Of a stretch of 64,000 bases of DNA, positions 45,287-58,573 are shown in pieces; the first letter of the stretch is position 1, and each line of letters begins with the position of its first letter. The position numbers and the translations under genes were made by a program. Location: assembly GCA_004431415.1 (NCBI GenBank), contig QPMI01000004.1, positions 1 through 64,000 on the forward strand, read 5' to 3'. This DNA is from Cyanophora paradoxa CCMP329. Its lineage: Eukaryota; Plantae; Glaucophyta. Below the pieces are notes generated by a model that was given only the letters and a program-made list of their open reading frames with translations, had not been told where the DNA came from and did no database searches.

Positions 45287-48200
45287 ATGGACGCCGAGCG
45301 GCCCGGTAGCGCGAAGGCGTTGCTGGATCCGGAGGTGGGAGCCGAGCGTCCCCCTCAGTGCGCGACGCGCCCAGGAGCCAGACCCGGCGCAATCGGACGG
45401 CCATCTTCCCCTCATTGAGAAGGGTGCGATCGCTCGCGCGGTGCATTTCGGAGTCTTCACGCGCCCGCGCAGAGCTGGAAATGGTGGGTCTGGAGGAGGC
45501 GGCAGGCCCGGACGCGGGCGGCGGCTTGCGGGCGCAGAACGCCGCGCCGGCGCGACGGGCGAGCAGCGAGCGCATGCCGCTCGCCTACTTGCTGCCCGTG
45601 ATCGAGCGCGCCGCAGCTGGTGGCGACCGAGCAGCAGCTGGTGCAGGCGCGCGCGGTGAAGGAGTCGCTCGTCAAGAAGATGAGCCAGGCGCGCGCTCCC
45701 GGCTCGCGGGGCCCGTGGCGCCGGTTGACGGCGCGGGCAGGTGATGGAGCGGCTGGCGCAGGCGAAGACGGACCGAGACATCCTGACGAAGAGGATCATG
45801 CAGCTCGAGGGGCGGGTGCGCGCGCGCGCCCCCCGCCGCCGGCGGGCTGGGGTTGACGGGCGACAGGAGGCGGAGGGGCGCGCGGGGGCGGAGGCGGCGG
45901 CGCGGCGGGCGGCGGCGGAGGCGGAGGAGGCGGGGCGGCGGGCGGGGTCGCTGGAGCAGCAGCTGGCGGCGGCGCGGGCGCTGCTGGCCGGCGGGGCGCA
46001 GGAGGCGGCCGGCGAGCTGGAGCGCCTCGCGGGCGAGAACGCCGCCCTCCGCGCCCGCCTGCGGGAGGCCGGCGAGCGGGCGGCGGCGGCGGAGCGGGCG
46101 GCGGCGGGCGGGGCGGCGGGGGCGGAGGAGGGGCCGGGGCGGCGGGCGCGGCAGCTGGAGGCGCAGCTGCAGCAGGCGCGGGTGGACCGGCAGGTGGTGG
46201 TGCGGAAGCTGCTGGCGCTGGAGGAGGCGGCGGGGCGGGCGCGGGCGGAGGAGGAGGCGCGGGCGGGGCGGGAGCGGGCGCTGCTGGAGGAGGTCGGCGC
46301 CCTCAAGCTCGCCCGCGACGCCGCCGCCCGCCGCGCCGCCGACGGTCCGCCCGCCCCGCCCCGTGCCCCGCGCCCGGCCGGGGGCGACGGGCCGGGGCAG
46401 CGGAGGGCGGGCGGGGCGGGCGGGGGCGGCCGGGGAGCGGGCGGCGGAGGAGGCGGTGCGGCGGCTGGAGGCGAGTGTGGCGCGCGTGGCGGCGGAGCGC
46501 GACGAGCTGCAGCGCCGCCTCCGCGCCGCCCTCCTCCCCGAGGCCCCCGCCCCGCAGCCCGACCCCGCCGACCCCTTCGAGCGGGTGCCCCGGCCCCCGC
46601 CCCGCCGCCACCCGCCGCGGGGCCCGAGGCGCGGGGCGGGGCAGGCGGGGCGGGAGGTGCGGGCGCTGGACGAGGGCCTGCAGGCGGCGCGGGAGGCGGC
46701 GGGGGAGCTGGCGGCGCGGGCCCCCGAGGCGGCGGCGGCGGCGGCGGCCGACCTGCGGGCGCGCTTCGAGGCCCTCGACGTCACGGTCCGGCCGGCCGGC
46801 GCGCGCGGGCGGCGCGGGCGGCGGGGCGGCCCCGACGCGCCGGCAGCGGCTGAACGCGCTGATCGCGCTGCGGGACGCGCGGGCGGCGGCGGAGGGGGCG
46901 CGGCGGGAGGCTGAGGCGGCGCGGGCGGAGGCGGCGCGGGCGCGGGCGGTGCTGGGCAAGCAGGTCCTCGACCTCGAGCACGAGCTCGCCCTCGCCCGCG
47001 CCGGCATCGCCCCGCCCCGCGACGCGCCCGGGCCCCCCGCCCGCGCCCCGCCCCCGTGCGCCCGCCCCGCGCCCGCGCCCCGCGCCCCGCGCCCCGCGCG
47101 CGGCCGCCGAGGGCCGAAGGCGGGGGCGCAGGCGCGGGGGCGGGGCCGGCGCGCGCCGCCGCGGAGGTGCTGGAGGTGGGGCGGGAGGAGGCGCTGGCGC
47201 GGGCGCTGCGGGAGGCGGAGGGGCGCTGGCGGAGGCGCGCGAGGGGCGCGAGGCGGCCGAGCGCGAGCTCCAGCGCCAGCGCGCCGCCGCCGCCGCCCGC
47301 GTCGCCGAGGCCCGCCGCCGCGCCCGGGCCCGCCCGCGCTCGCCGCCCCGCTGACGCCGGCGGCAGCTGGAGCGGGCGCTGCTGGCGGCGCAGCTCGAGC
47401 GGGAGGCGGCGGGGCGGCGCGCCGCGCTCGAGGGCGCGCAGGCGGCGGGGCGGCGGCGGCGGGGGGCGAGGAGCGGGAGGTGGTGCTGGGGGTGATGGCC
47501 CGCGAGTTGCGGGCGCGGGAGGAGGAGCTGCGGGCCGCCCGCGCGGGGGCCGGCGGCGCGGGCCGCGAGGAGGCCGAGCGGCTGGCGGGGCGCGCGGCGG
47601 AGCTCGAGGGGCCCTCGCCGAGGCCCGCGCCGACGCCGCCCGCGCCCGCGGGGAGCTCACGCGCGTGCTGCCCCGCCCGCCGGCCCCTGCCCCCGCCGGC
47701 GCGACGGTGGCGGGCATGCGCAGGGCGCTGGAGGGGTTCCGCGGGGAGCGGGCGGCGCTGGAGGGGCGGCTGCGGGAGCTGGAGGGCCGCTACCGCGAGC
47801 AGGAGGCCGGCCTCGCCGCCGCCGCCCGCGCCCGCGGCCTCGCCGACCCCGCCGCCGACCCCGCCGACTTCCCCGTCCGCCCCGCCCCGCCCCCCGGCCC
47901 CCGCCCCCGGCCCCGGCCCCGCCGACGCCGCCCCGCCGCAGAGCGTGGTCGAGCACGCGCGCTACCTCGGCGTGCGCCCCGCCCCGCCCCGCCCCGCCCC
48001 GCCCCGGCCCGCCCCGGCCCGGCGCGGCGCGGCCCGAGGCGCGCGGCGGCAGATGGACCCGGTGTTCGACGCGCCGTACCTGTGGATCGCGGAGCAGGCG
48101 CTGAACGCGCCGCTGCCGGAGGGCTGGTCGGAGCACCGGGACGCGACGGGCCGCCCCTACTACTACAACGCCGCCACCGACGCCTCCATCTGGGAGCACC

Positions 48201-48570
48201 CCCTCGACGACTACTTCCGGTGCCCCGCCCCGGGCCGTGCCGTGCCCCCGGGGGACCCCGCCCCGCGCCCCTCACCGGCCCCCGCAGCTTCCTCTTCCTC
48301 CAGCTCCGCGAGCGCGCCGCCGGGGCGCCCCTCGCCCCGCCCCGCCCCGCCGGCCCCGCAGACGGCGCCCCCGCCGCGCCCGGGGCCCCAGCTCGCCATC
48401 CACTTCGGCTCGGCCCCGGGGGCCGCGCGCGGGGCGGGGCCCGCCCTCAAACCTCCCGTGACGCCCCCCCCGGAGTACCGGTGCGCTCCCCCGGCCCCGG
48501 CCACGCAGGCGGGCGGCGCCGACGGCAGCGCAGGCGGCCGGAGTCGCGCAGCAGCCGCCGCGGCTCGTAG
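45287..48570 (+). pseudogene. WW/coiled-coil gene copy 2; exon 1 is frameshifted relative to copy 1
   Basis: GAGGTGGGAGCCGAGC versus GAGGTGGGGACGAGC in copy 1. It could still initiate at ATG 45481. Confidence 0.6.
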
Positions 48571-48996
48571 CGGCGAGAGTGAGCGAATTGGGAGCAGCAA
48601 CTCGCGGCACAGGCCGGGGCGGCGGGGCGAGGGGCAAGAGCGGTGCGGGGCTAGCGGGCGGCGGGGCGCTGCTCCTCCTCCTCGGCCCCCTCCTCGTCGC
48701 CCTCCTCCTCCTCCTCGTCGGCCTCGCGGGGCAGGGGCTCCTCCCAGGGGCGCGGCCCGGGGGGCGCGAGGGGCGACCACGGGCGGAGGCGCTGCGCGGG
48801 CCCCCTTAACCTCGGCGCCCGGCGCCCCCCCATATCCACGTCGAGGTCCCATTTGCGATTGCGTGCCCTTATCGAAACGGCTCATGCCTTGATTACGAGA
48901 CCGTCAGACGGCTCTCCGACTCTGAGAGTCTCTCGGCTGCAGCTGCTCACCGGGCTGGGCTATCAGTGGCTGCTCATGACGGAAGCACCAAGTCAC

Positions 48997-49519
48997 CAGT
49001 GATGGGCACTTTATTAATAAGTACTTATAATATTTTATTAATAACGTATTAATAATACGTTATTAGCTAGTAAGGTCCCGGAACAGCCATTCTTATTAAT
49101 AACGTTTTAGTTTGGGGGGGTACCCGTAAACACACCATTTCTTGCACTCTAGGACGAATCTGTGCATGCTAGAGCGATATAAAGCAGTTCTACACACGTC
49201 TAGAGACCTGCTGGGCACTTCTGCAGCTTAATATGATGCTCATAAGCTGATCAGACGGCAGCTCCAGACCATCCAGTACCCCCTTGGTAGCACATTGACC
49301 CTTTTATTCGACCCCCAACAGATATAGAGGGCACTCGCAATGCTCAGGCAGCTTATATAAGAGTGTTTAGCACCAGAACCGCGCGGCAACGCTCCTTCAA
49401 CGCGTGGTTTCGCGCTTCTATGAGGAAGTAATTATTAATCTACTAATAACTAATTATTAACTATTAATAATGATTCTTATAAAGGCCCATTTTGGGGGTT
49501 ATTATTAATTCCATCACTG
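48997..49519. mobile_element. hAT-superfamily MITE (523 bp)
   Basis: TIRs CAGTGATGG/CCATCACTG; 8-bp TSD CAAGTCAC; empty site in the paralog at about 42777-42784; AT-rich subterminal TTATTAATAA repeats. Confidence 0.93.
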
Positions 49520-50259
49520 CAAGTCACTGAGTTTGAATTCAATTGTTCCCCCGATCATCGGATGCACAGTCACTGAGTGCACGTGGCATATGCATAGTGC
49601 ATCATGGCATGAAACTGAGGTGCCATGCACTGACTCAGTGAGCCCCTGAGCCACGCTGGTCAACCGTTGCCAGGAAGTTGAAGATCATCGGATATCGATA
49701 TCGCAGACTCTGACTGAGAGTCGGATGCCACGTGCACAGTGCACGTGCCATCGTGGCACGTGCACAGCTGCAGTACTACTGTATTGATGGCCAGTACTGG
49801 TCATGATCATGATCATCGGATCATGCATGCATACAAGTATATATGCATATACTATGATACGCGTTCAGTACTAGCCTAGTCACTGAGTACTACGGTAGTG
49901 CACACGTGCACTGCACTGCGGCATAATGGCATGATACTGCGGCATACGCTTGGCACATGCCATCGCATGCGCAAATCCGATGATCATGGCCATGGCATGA
50001 TGATCGACTCACTGATCATGATCATGAGTCACGAAGTCCGACGGTCAGCGTACAGGCATCGAGACTTAACTTATAATTATATAAATAGTAAGCTTATTAT
50101 CGGATGCCTCCTGACTCAGGGATCCGGCAGGCAAAACCAGAACTCTGATCTCGGCCCCCCAAGGCAGGCATATGCATTAGAAATTAAAGAGGGCGCAGAC
50201 ATCGTTCGTCAGTACTCTGTTCTAGCCGACCAAACTACGTGTTGGTCGCGGTGGAAGTA

Positions 50260-51737
50260 CTACGTGCTCCTGTGGGCCTCAATCTGGAGAACCTCGGCAC
50301 AAACAACATGCCATGGCTCAAATACGGCCCCTGACCCCTCAATTCTTGCCATATCCTCATCTCGCCATGGTTTTAGGCGTGCATAATGGATGACTTTCAC
50401 TGTACGCTCATCCCTGTGGGCAAACCGTTTCAACAGGCAAACTAAATTCGCAGAAACAACATTGCACACCAGAGCCAGCCGCGAGAGGATGCCAACCCGA
50501 GCTCAGGGCTCAAAATGTAGGGCATCTAACACCGTACAATTAGCTGGATGGGAAAGTAAAAGGAACATGTCTATCTCAGACGGGGCCTGCACAAAATTGA
50601 ATATGTAGGGGAGGATGGTGAAGTGGTGCCGGTAGTACTGGAGATCCACGTGAAGGGAAATACATCTTTGGAGGAGGGTGTACCTGGTTCAGAAGAGCCT
50701 GGTCAAGTGGCCCAATGTACGTCTCGTTGCGAGGCTCCCTGTCAAATTACTTCTCCGCAAGGAATAGCCGAAGGTTGGAGGAAAAAAACTGCAGACCAGG
50801 GCTTGCAGTAGACTGGTACAAGAAGGTGTGTCCGTTCCATTCTGCCGGGTACATAGAATTGGCAAATGCCAATACTGGACCGTCGGACAGGGAAGACTAA
50901 CAGATATGTGTAATGAGAAGCATGATTCATCATTGCATTCGCATCCTTCATGGAAGGCCTGTGGTACGGTTGTTCGAAGAAACAATGCACACTTTGCGAG
51001 AAACAATGCACACTCAAGGACGAGAACATCTCCGTTGACCGTCACGCCAAGCTCAGTCATCTCCCAAAGAGCGATGTCCGCAACAGCACAGGGAGGTGAG
51101 CAGGAAAAGAGCTGGTCCAGTGGCGCGACCGCTATCGCATCGGACCCTATGTACACCACACGCTGGTACTCTATGAACTCCAACACTCGGAGCTGGGGGA
51201 TGCGGATTGCAAAGGAATGCAAGACAATTCAGAAAAGACGTTGTTCAGACCTTGTTCAGAAAGAAGACGCTGACGTGTGGTGGCCCATAGGGACCGTCAG
51301 GGGATGTCTGTCCGGAGAAGGGGTAGTTCTCAATTTCCACGATTCGATCGAACATCAGCGAGAGCCGTCGCAGCTGCTCGCGATTCGATCGAACATCAAC
51401 TCGAGCCGGCGGCAAGCGGCAGAGGAAGCCGGTTACCGAGGGCTCCGCAAGCTGGCGTACGACCATACAGACGAGGGATCGGGTTGTGCCGGCCCGCCGG
51501 ATTGAATGTGCGAGAACCTGCCCAGGATGAGCGACGGCCGAAAGCTGCTTGTTTGCAGCTGACCATAGCTGGGAGGATGAAGTCCTCCGTAGAGACGAGC
51601 GTGACAAAGGCGGTTTGTGGATGCGATAAAGGACTGTACTGATTTGATGAGTCCTCGGCATTAGAGCGGAGGGCGAGGATAAGGAGGATGAGGAGGGTCT
51701 GTTTCGCTCCACACGTCGAGCGCTTGACCGACTCCAT
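50260..51737 (-). CDS. GT8 glycosyltransferase, copy 2
   Basis: Near-identical to 43516-44993. Confidence 0.8.
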
Positions 51738-52030
51738 AGCAACCGACTCCAGAATAGCCAGGCAGCCGCTCAGCGCTTCATCTGCGCCCTCGATAGATAT
51801 GCAGCAAGGGCGTGTTCTGTATGTTGCTCTCCGAGGCCTGCGCCGCCAACGACATTGCGCGGCTGTCCGAGGACTGCGCCGGAGAAGCTAGCTCGCTGCA
51901 GGTCGCTGCGCGGATCTAGCTTCAGAAGTACAAGCCGGATCCAGCTGCGGCAGGGCTGAGATAGCCCGAAGTGGCCCCTCTAGCCGTACCCCGATGTCAA
52001 ACTTTCAACTTTGCCTGAAACTTTGGAAAA

Positions 52031-55000
52031 ATGGACGCCGAGCGGCCCGGTAGCGCGAAGGCGTTGCTGGATCCGGAGGTGGGAGCCGAGCGTCCCCCTC
52101 AGTGCGCGACGCGCCCAGGAGCCAGACCCGGCGCAATCGGACGGCCATCTTCCCCTCATTGAGAAGGGTGCGATCGCTCGCGCGGTGCATTTCGGAGTCT
52201 TCACGCGCCCGCGCAGAGCTGGAAATGGTGGGTCTGGAGGAGGCGGCAGGCCCGGACGCGGGCGGCGGCTTGCGGGCGCAGAACGCCGCGCCGGCGCGAC
52301 GGGCGAGCAGCGAGCGCATGCCGCTCGCCTACTTGCTGCCCGTGATCGAGCGCGCCGCAGCTGGTGGCGACGGAGCAGCAGCTGGTGCAGGCGCGCGCGG
52401 TCAAGGAGTCGCTCGTCAAGAAGATGAGCCAGGCGCGCGCTCCCGGTTCGCCGGGGCCGTGGCGCCGGTTGACGGCGCGGGCAGGTGATGGAGCGGCTGG
52501 CGCAGGCGAAGACGGACCGAGACATCCTGACGAAGAGGATCATGCAGCTCGAGGGGCGGGTGCGCGCGCGCGCCCCCCGCCGCCGGCGGGCTGGGGTTGA
52601 CGGGCGACAGGAGGCGGAGGGCGCGCGGGGCGGAGGCGGCGGCGCGGCGGGCGGCGGCGGAGGCGGAGGAGGCGGGGCGGCGGGCGGGGTCGCTGGAGCA
52701 GCAGCTGGCGGCGGCGCGGGCGCTGCTGGCCGGCGGGCGCAGGAGGCGGCCGGCGAGCTGGAGCGCCTCGCGGGCGAGAACGCCGCCCTCCGCGCGCGCC
52801 TGCAGGAGGCCGGCGAGCGGGCGGCGGCGGCGGAGCGGGCGGCGGCGGGCGGGGCGGCGGGGCGGAGGAGGGGCCGGGGCGGCGGGCGCGGCAGCTGGAG
52901 GCGCAGCTGCAGCAGGCGCGGGTGGACCGGCAGGTGGTGGTGCGGAAGCTGCTGGCGCTGGAGGAGGCGGCGGGCGGGCGCGGGCGGAGGAGGAGGCGCG
53001 GGCGGGGCGGGAGCGGGCGCTGCTGGAGGAGGTCGGCGCCCTCAAGCTCGCCCGCGACGCCGCCGCCCGCCGCGCCGCCGACGGTCCGCCCGCCCCGCCC
53101 GTGCCCCGCGCCCGGCCGGGGCGACGGGCCGGGGCAGCGGAGGGCGGGCGGGGCGGGCGGGGGCGGCCGGGGAGCGGGCGGCGGAGGAGGCGGTGCGGCG
53201 GCTGGAGGCGAGTGTGGCGCGCGTGGCGGCGGAGCGCGACGAGCTGCAGCGCCGCCTCCGCGCCGCCCTCCTCCCCGAGGCCCCGCCCCGCAGCCCGACC
53301 CCGCCGACCCCTTCGAGCGGGTGCCCCGGCCCCGCCCCGCCGCCACCCGCCGCGGGGCCCGAGGCGCGGGCGGGGCAGCGGGGCGGGAGGTGCGGGCGCT
53401 GGACGAGGCCTGCAGGCGGCGCGGGAGGCGGCGGGGAGCTGGCGGCGCGGGCCCCCGAGGCGGCGGCGGCGGCGGCGGCCGACCTGCGGGCGCGCTTCGA
53501 GGCCCTCGACGTCACGGTCCGGCCGGCCGGCGCGCGCGGGCGGCGCGGGCGGCGGGGCGGCCCCGACGCGCCGGCAGCGGCTGAACGCGCTGATCGCGCT
53601 GCGGGACGCGCGGGCGGCGGCGGAGGGGCGCGGCGGGAGGCTGAGGCGGCGCGGGCGGAGGCGGCGCGGGCGCGGGCGGTGCTGGGCAAGCAGGTCCTCG
53701 ACCTCGAGCACGAGCTCGCCCTCGCCCGCGCCGGCATCGCCCCGCCCCGCGACGCGCCCGGGCCCCCGCCCCGCGCCCCGCCCCCGTGCGCCCGCCCCGC
53801 GCCCCGCGCCCCGCGCCCCGCGCCCCGCGCGCGGCCGCCGAGGGCCGAGGGCGGGGGCGCAGGGCGCGGGGGCGGGCCGGCGCGCGCCGCCGCGGAGGTG
53901 CTGGAGGTGGGGCGGGAGGAGGCGCTGGCGCGGGCGCTGCGGGAGGCGGAGGGGGCGCTGGCGGAGGCGCGCGAGGGGCGCGAGGCGGCCGAGCGCGAGC
54001 TCCAGCGCCAGCGCGCCGCCGCCGCCGCCCGCGTCGCCGAGGCCCGCCGCCGCGCCCGGCCCCGCCCGCGCTCGCCGCCCCGCTGACGCCGGCGGCAGCT
54101 GGAGCGGGCGCTGCTGGCGGCGCAGCTCGAGCGGGAGGCGGCGGGGCGGCGCGCCGCGCTCGAGGGCGCGCAGGCGGCGGGGGCGGCGGCGGCGGGGGCG
54201 AGGAGCGGGAGGTGGTGCTGGGGGTGATGGCCCGCGAGTTGCGGGCGCGGGAGGAGGAGCTGCGGGCCGCCCGCGCGGGGCCGGCGGCGCGGGCCGCGAG
54301 GAGGCCGAGCGGCTGGCGGGGCGCGCGGCGGAGCTCGAGGGGCCCTCGCCGAGGCCCGCGCCGACGCCGCCCGCGCCCGCGGGGAGCTCACGCGCGTGCT
54401 GCCCCCGCCCGCCGGCCCCTGCCCCGCCGGCGCGACGGTGGCGGGCATGCGCAGGGCGCTGGAGGGTTCCGCGGGGAGCGGGCGGCGCTGGAGGGGCGGC
54501 TGCGGGAGCTGGAGGGCCGCTACCGCGAGCAGGAGGCCGGCCTCGCCGCCGCCGCCCGCGCCCGCGGCCTCGCCGACCCCGCCGCCGACCCCGCCGACTT
54601 CCCCGTCCGCCCCGCCCCCGCCCCCGGCCCCCGCCCCCGGCCCCGGCCCCGCCGACGCCGCCCCGCCGCAGAGCGTGGTCGAGCACGCGCGCTACCTCGG
54701 CGTGCGCCCCGCCCGCCCCGCCCCGCCCCGCCCCGGCCCGCCCCGGCCCGGCGCGGCGCGGCCCGAGGCGCGCGGCGGCAGATGGACCCGGTGTTCGACG
54801 CGCCGTACCTGTGGATCGCGGAGCAGGCGCTGAACGCGCCGCTGCCGGAGGGCTGGTCGGAGCACCGGGACGCGACGGGCCGCCCCTACTACTACAACGC
54901 CGCCACCGACGCCTCCATCTGGGAGCACCCCCTCGACGACTACTTCCGGTGCCCCCGCCCCGGGCCCCGCGGGGGGCGGGGACCCCGCCCCGCCCCCCTC

Positions 55001-55291
55001 ACCGGCCCCCGCAGCTTCCTCTTCCTCCAGCTCCGCGAGCGCGCCGCCGGGGCGCCCTCGCCCCGCCCCGCCCCGCCGGCCCGCAGACGGCGCCCCCGCC
55101 GCGCCCGGGCCCCAGCTCGCCATCCACTTCGGCTCGGCGCCGGGGCCGCGCGCGGGCGGGGCCCGCCCTCAAACCCCCGTGACGCCCCCCCCGGAGTACC
55201 GGTGCGCTCCCCCGGCCCCGGCCACGCAGGCGGGCGGGGCCGACGGCAGCGCAGGCGGCCGGAGTCGCGCAGCAGCCGCCGCGGCTCGTAG
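52031..55291 (+). pseudogene. WW/coiled-coil gene copy 3, with the same exon 1 frameshift as copy 2
   Basis: 5' region essentially identical to copy 2. Confidence 0.6.
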
Positions 55292-55371
55292 CGGCGAAAG
55301 TGAGCGAATTGGGAGCAGCAACTCGCGGCACAGGCCGGGGCGGCGGGGCGAGGGGCGAGAGCGGTGCGGGG

Positions 55372-57298
55372 CTAGCGGGCGGCGGGGCGCTGCTCCTCCT
55401 CCTCGGCCCCCTCCTCGTCGCCCTCGTCCTCGTCCTCCTCCTCGTCGGCCTCGCGGGGCAGGGGCTCCTCCCAGGGGCGCGGCCCGGGGGGCGCGAGGGG
55501 CGACCACGGGCGGAGGCGCTGCGCGGGCCCCCCCGCGAACGAGGGCTCCAGGCGCGCCAGCTCCTCCCGCTCCGAGCCCGGCAGGGGCGGCAGGCGGGGC
55601 CCCCGGAACTGGGGCAGGCGGGCGACGAAGGGGAGGAGGGCGGCGTGCCGGGCGCGCTTGATGGCCCGGGCGACGGCGCGCTGGTGCTTGGCGCAGGCGC
55701 CCGTGCGGGCCCGCGGCGCGATCCGACCCGACTCCGACGTGAACAGCGAGAGGAGGAGCGCGTTCTACGGCCGCGTGGGGGGCGGGCCGCGCGGGGCGGG
55801 CGGGAGCCGGGGGTGCGGCACCTTGAAGTCGAGGGGCGGGGCGTCGTCGCGGCAGAGGGGGCACACCGCCGGCGCCGCCGGCTGCAGCAGCTCCCGGGGG
55901 GGGAGGGCCCCCTCGGCGCCCGCCATGTCCAGGTCCTGCGGCTCGTAGCGCCCCGCGCCGCCGCCGGCCGCGAAGCTGCCCCCACCCGTCGGCCCCCGCG
56001 GGGGCGCAGCGGGGCGGCGGGGGCGGCACCTGAGGGCGGGTTGGGGTTGGAGCGGCCGAGGCCGGCGGCGCGCTCGAGGGCTGCGCGGCGGTCGACCTCG
56101 GCGGGGGCGAGGCCGGCCTGCCGCCCCGCCCCGAGCGGCGCGCCGTACCCCGCGAGGGGCAGCGCCTCGTCGCGGGCGGCGGGGGCGGCGCGGCGGGCGG
56201 CGCGGTCCTCGCGGAACAGGCCCTCGCGCCGCATGCGCCGGTCGCCCCGCGCGAGGACCGCCGCAGGCCACCGCGCCAGGTCGCACGGCCCCAGCTCCTC
56301 CTCCGTGTACCCCTCCCGCAGCAGCGCCTCCCGCTCGCGGGGCAGGCGCTGCAGCGCGGCGCGGCGCCACGCGTCCCAGCGGCCCGCCGCCTGCAGCTGA
56401 GCGCGCAGGCGGCCCCACTCCTCCTCGCCGTACGAGAAGAGGGGGCGGGCCTCGTCCACCGGCCCGCCCTCCGCCTCGAGGGCCGCCCCCTCAGCCCAGG
56501 CGGCCCGCCCCGAGCGCGCGAGGTCGAGGGTCGACCACACGGCGTCCCAGTCTCGCGGCCCCAGCGCGCGCTTCGCCTCCTGCACCGCCCGCCGCCGCTG
56601 GCCCTCCTCCGCAGCCTCCAGCTCCCGCACGGGTCCCGGGCCCCACGAAGCTCCGCCCTGGGCCCCCATCAGGCCGGCGGGCGCGGACAGGCGGCAAGAG
56701 GCCAGAGCACATCGATGCCGGCGGCGTCCTGCGGCGACGGTCAGCGCAGAGCACGACTCGCGAAGGGGGGCGTGACGCGCACGTCGTCGCGACCCGGTAG
56801 CCAGCGTTCCGCGCCTGCGGGCCGGGATTTTAGAGGAGATAAAGCGATCACGCACGCAGAGCTCAATCATACCCTGCGCGCCGATTGCCATCTGTGCGCG
56901 GATCAGCAGGGCGCTAAAACGTCACCGACATGAGCGCACCTCTCCGCTCACCGGCATCGCCTGCTGCGAAAGAGGCGCGTCCACGTCGAGCAGCTCAACG
57001 GTGCCATCAGCTTTCTCTGCAGGCCCAGTCGCTTGCAGAGCGCACGGGCTTGGCAATTCGCCGCGCACTCTGCAAGCGTGGATCCGCGTCGCCCGCCGTT
57101 GGTGCGCCCTCCTCGTTCGCGAAGGCTTGTCGCGCCGGGAGAACGAAGAGAAGCCGACGCGCCGCCGCTGCGGCGCCGATCAGCGCCCGTTCGCCGACAG
57201 GCGCGCCGCACCGCACCCGCCACGAGGGAGATCGCTGCGTCGTGGCCAACAACCGCCGGCGCCGGCGGCCGGCCGGCCAGCCTCGCGATCCGCAGCAT
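55372..57298 (-). CDS. Organellar (probably mitochondrial) ribosomal protein with a bS18 domain and a long N-terminal extension
   Basis: CPLC...[50 protein letters not shown]. 5' exons (MLRIARLAG...) are inferred. Confidence 0.75.
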
Positions 57299-57340
57299 CG
57301 TGCCGGGTACGCTAACGAGGTCCAGTTCGCCACGAAAGAA

Positions 57341-57574
57341 ATGGCGCACGGCGAGGACAAAGAGACCCTCGCGGAGTCGCTGCGCGCGTGGTGGATCGAG
57401 AACTGGGGCTCGAGTACGAAGGCTCGCAAGGTGCGCCGGTCAGCCGCTCGGCGACTGAAAGTGGGGCAAAGCCTGACATCGGCGCAGGCCAACGTCAAGC
57501 TGGTGCGAAACGCAGCGCTCTTCGGCGCTTCTATCTGGCTTTTTGACACGTACGGGGAACTGCTGGCCGTATGA
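57341..57574 (+). CDS. TOM5: Plant-type mitochondrial import receptor subunit TOM5
   Basis: LRAWWIENW...K/ANVKLVRNAALFGASIWLFDTYGELLAV; one intron. Confidence 0.8.
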   Translation: MAHGEDKETLAESLRAWWIENWGSSTKARKVRRSAARRLKVGQSLTSAQANVKLVRNAALFGASIWLFDTYGELLAV

Positions 57575-58573
57575 AGTCCTCGAACGCCTCATGCAGGACA
57601 TGTTTGTGTTGGCTGGGCCATGGCCAACTATCTCTTCACAATGCATATGCATGAAAGACATATCTCTTCTGCACAGCAGGTTGTGCAGACATATGAAAAC
57701 TGTAAGAAAACTTCGGTTCTCAGTGGCTATAGCTGGCTAAAGCCAGTCACGATCACGGTCATAGCGATCCTAGCTAGGTCTGTGATCATGATCATGAAAT
57801 CCGCTTCTAGATCTACATGTGATCAGCTCGAGCTCGAGTTTCTCCTCAAGATCTTCTTCGAAATCTAAATCTCTCCCGCGGGCCAGCCCCGGCCCTAGCC
57901 TAGCCTCCCGAACTAGTCCTCGAGCTCACTTATCCCATTATATATATATTGCACGGTGGGTTTCCCAGCACGACGATGTCCCAGCGCGGTTGCATGGATT
58001 CAAAGCTGCAGCTGCATGCGCATAATCCGATCCGCTTGTGCATGCAGCTGCATAGCATGAATCTAGCGCTAGCCGGCCGCTTGTTTCTTAGACCTTGCTC
58101 GCCCTCTCGTCCTTGGGTAGTCATTCCCTCCTTGCGTAGCTATAGGATCCCCCCTGTACTGCAGCGCTAGACCTAGCCTGCTGCCTGGCCTGGGGGTAGC
58201 CTTTCCAGTTATTTTCACATCCGAGCTCCACCCGGTCCGATGTCCGAAAGGCTTAGTCCCGTAGGTTCATCTCTCGAGTTGACACAGATGGACACCCCAG
58301 TTATATCGCTAGCCATTTGTCTCGGTGCGTGCGAATTCATATACAGAATGCATAGCATGAATCTAGGGCGCACCCAGACTCTCATAGGGCAAGCAGGACG
58401 GTGATTCGGGGGCAATTACTCTAGCTGGCCTCAATGATACCGCAATCCTAGAGGCCCAAGAGGTGCAGCCAGCAAGAGGTGAAGCCAGCAACCGTGTAGC
58501 CAGGGACGGGACACAATTGGACACAACCGCACATCGTACACCAGAGGGAGCTAGCTCCACAGAGTCTCGGCGC

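Larger units (their letters stand above)
38753..55532. repeat. Segmental triplication D-I-D-I-D (D about 3.7 kb at 38753, 45059, 51803; I at 42464-45058 and 48806-51802)
   Basis: Near-identical blocks. The first D joins CFAP57 and the last D joins the intact downstream gene. Confidence 0.95.

Noticed and set aside
34346-56400. Very long Arg/Gly/Pro/Ala ORFs in alternative frames
   Set aside because: Artefacts of stop-codon scarcity at extreme GC; the real genes are spliced.
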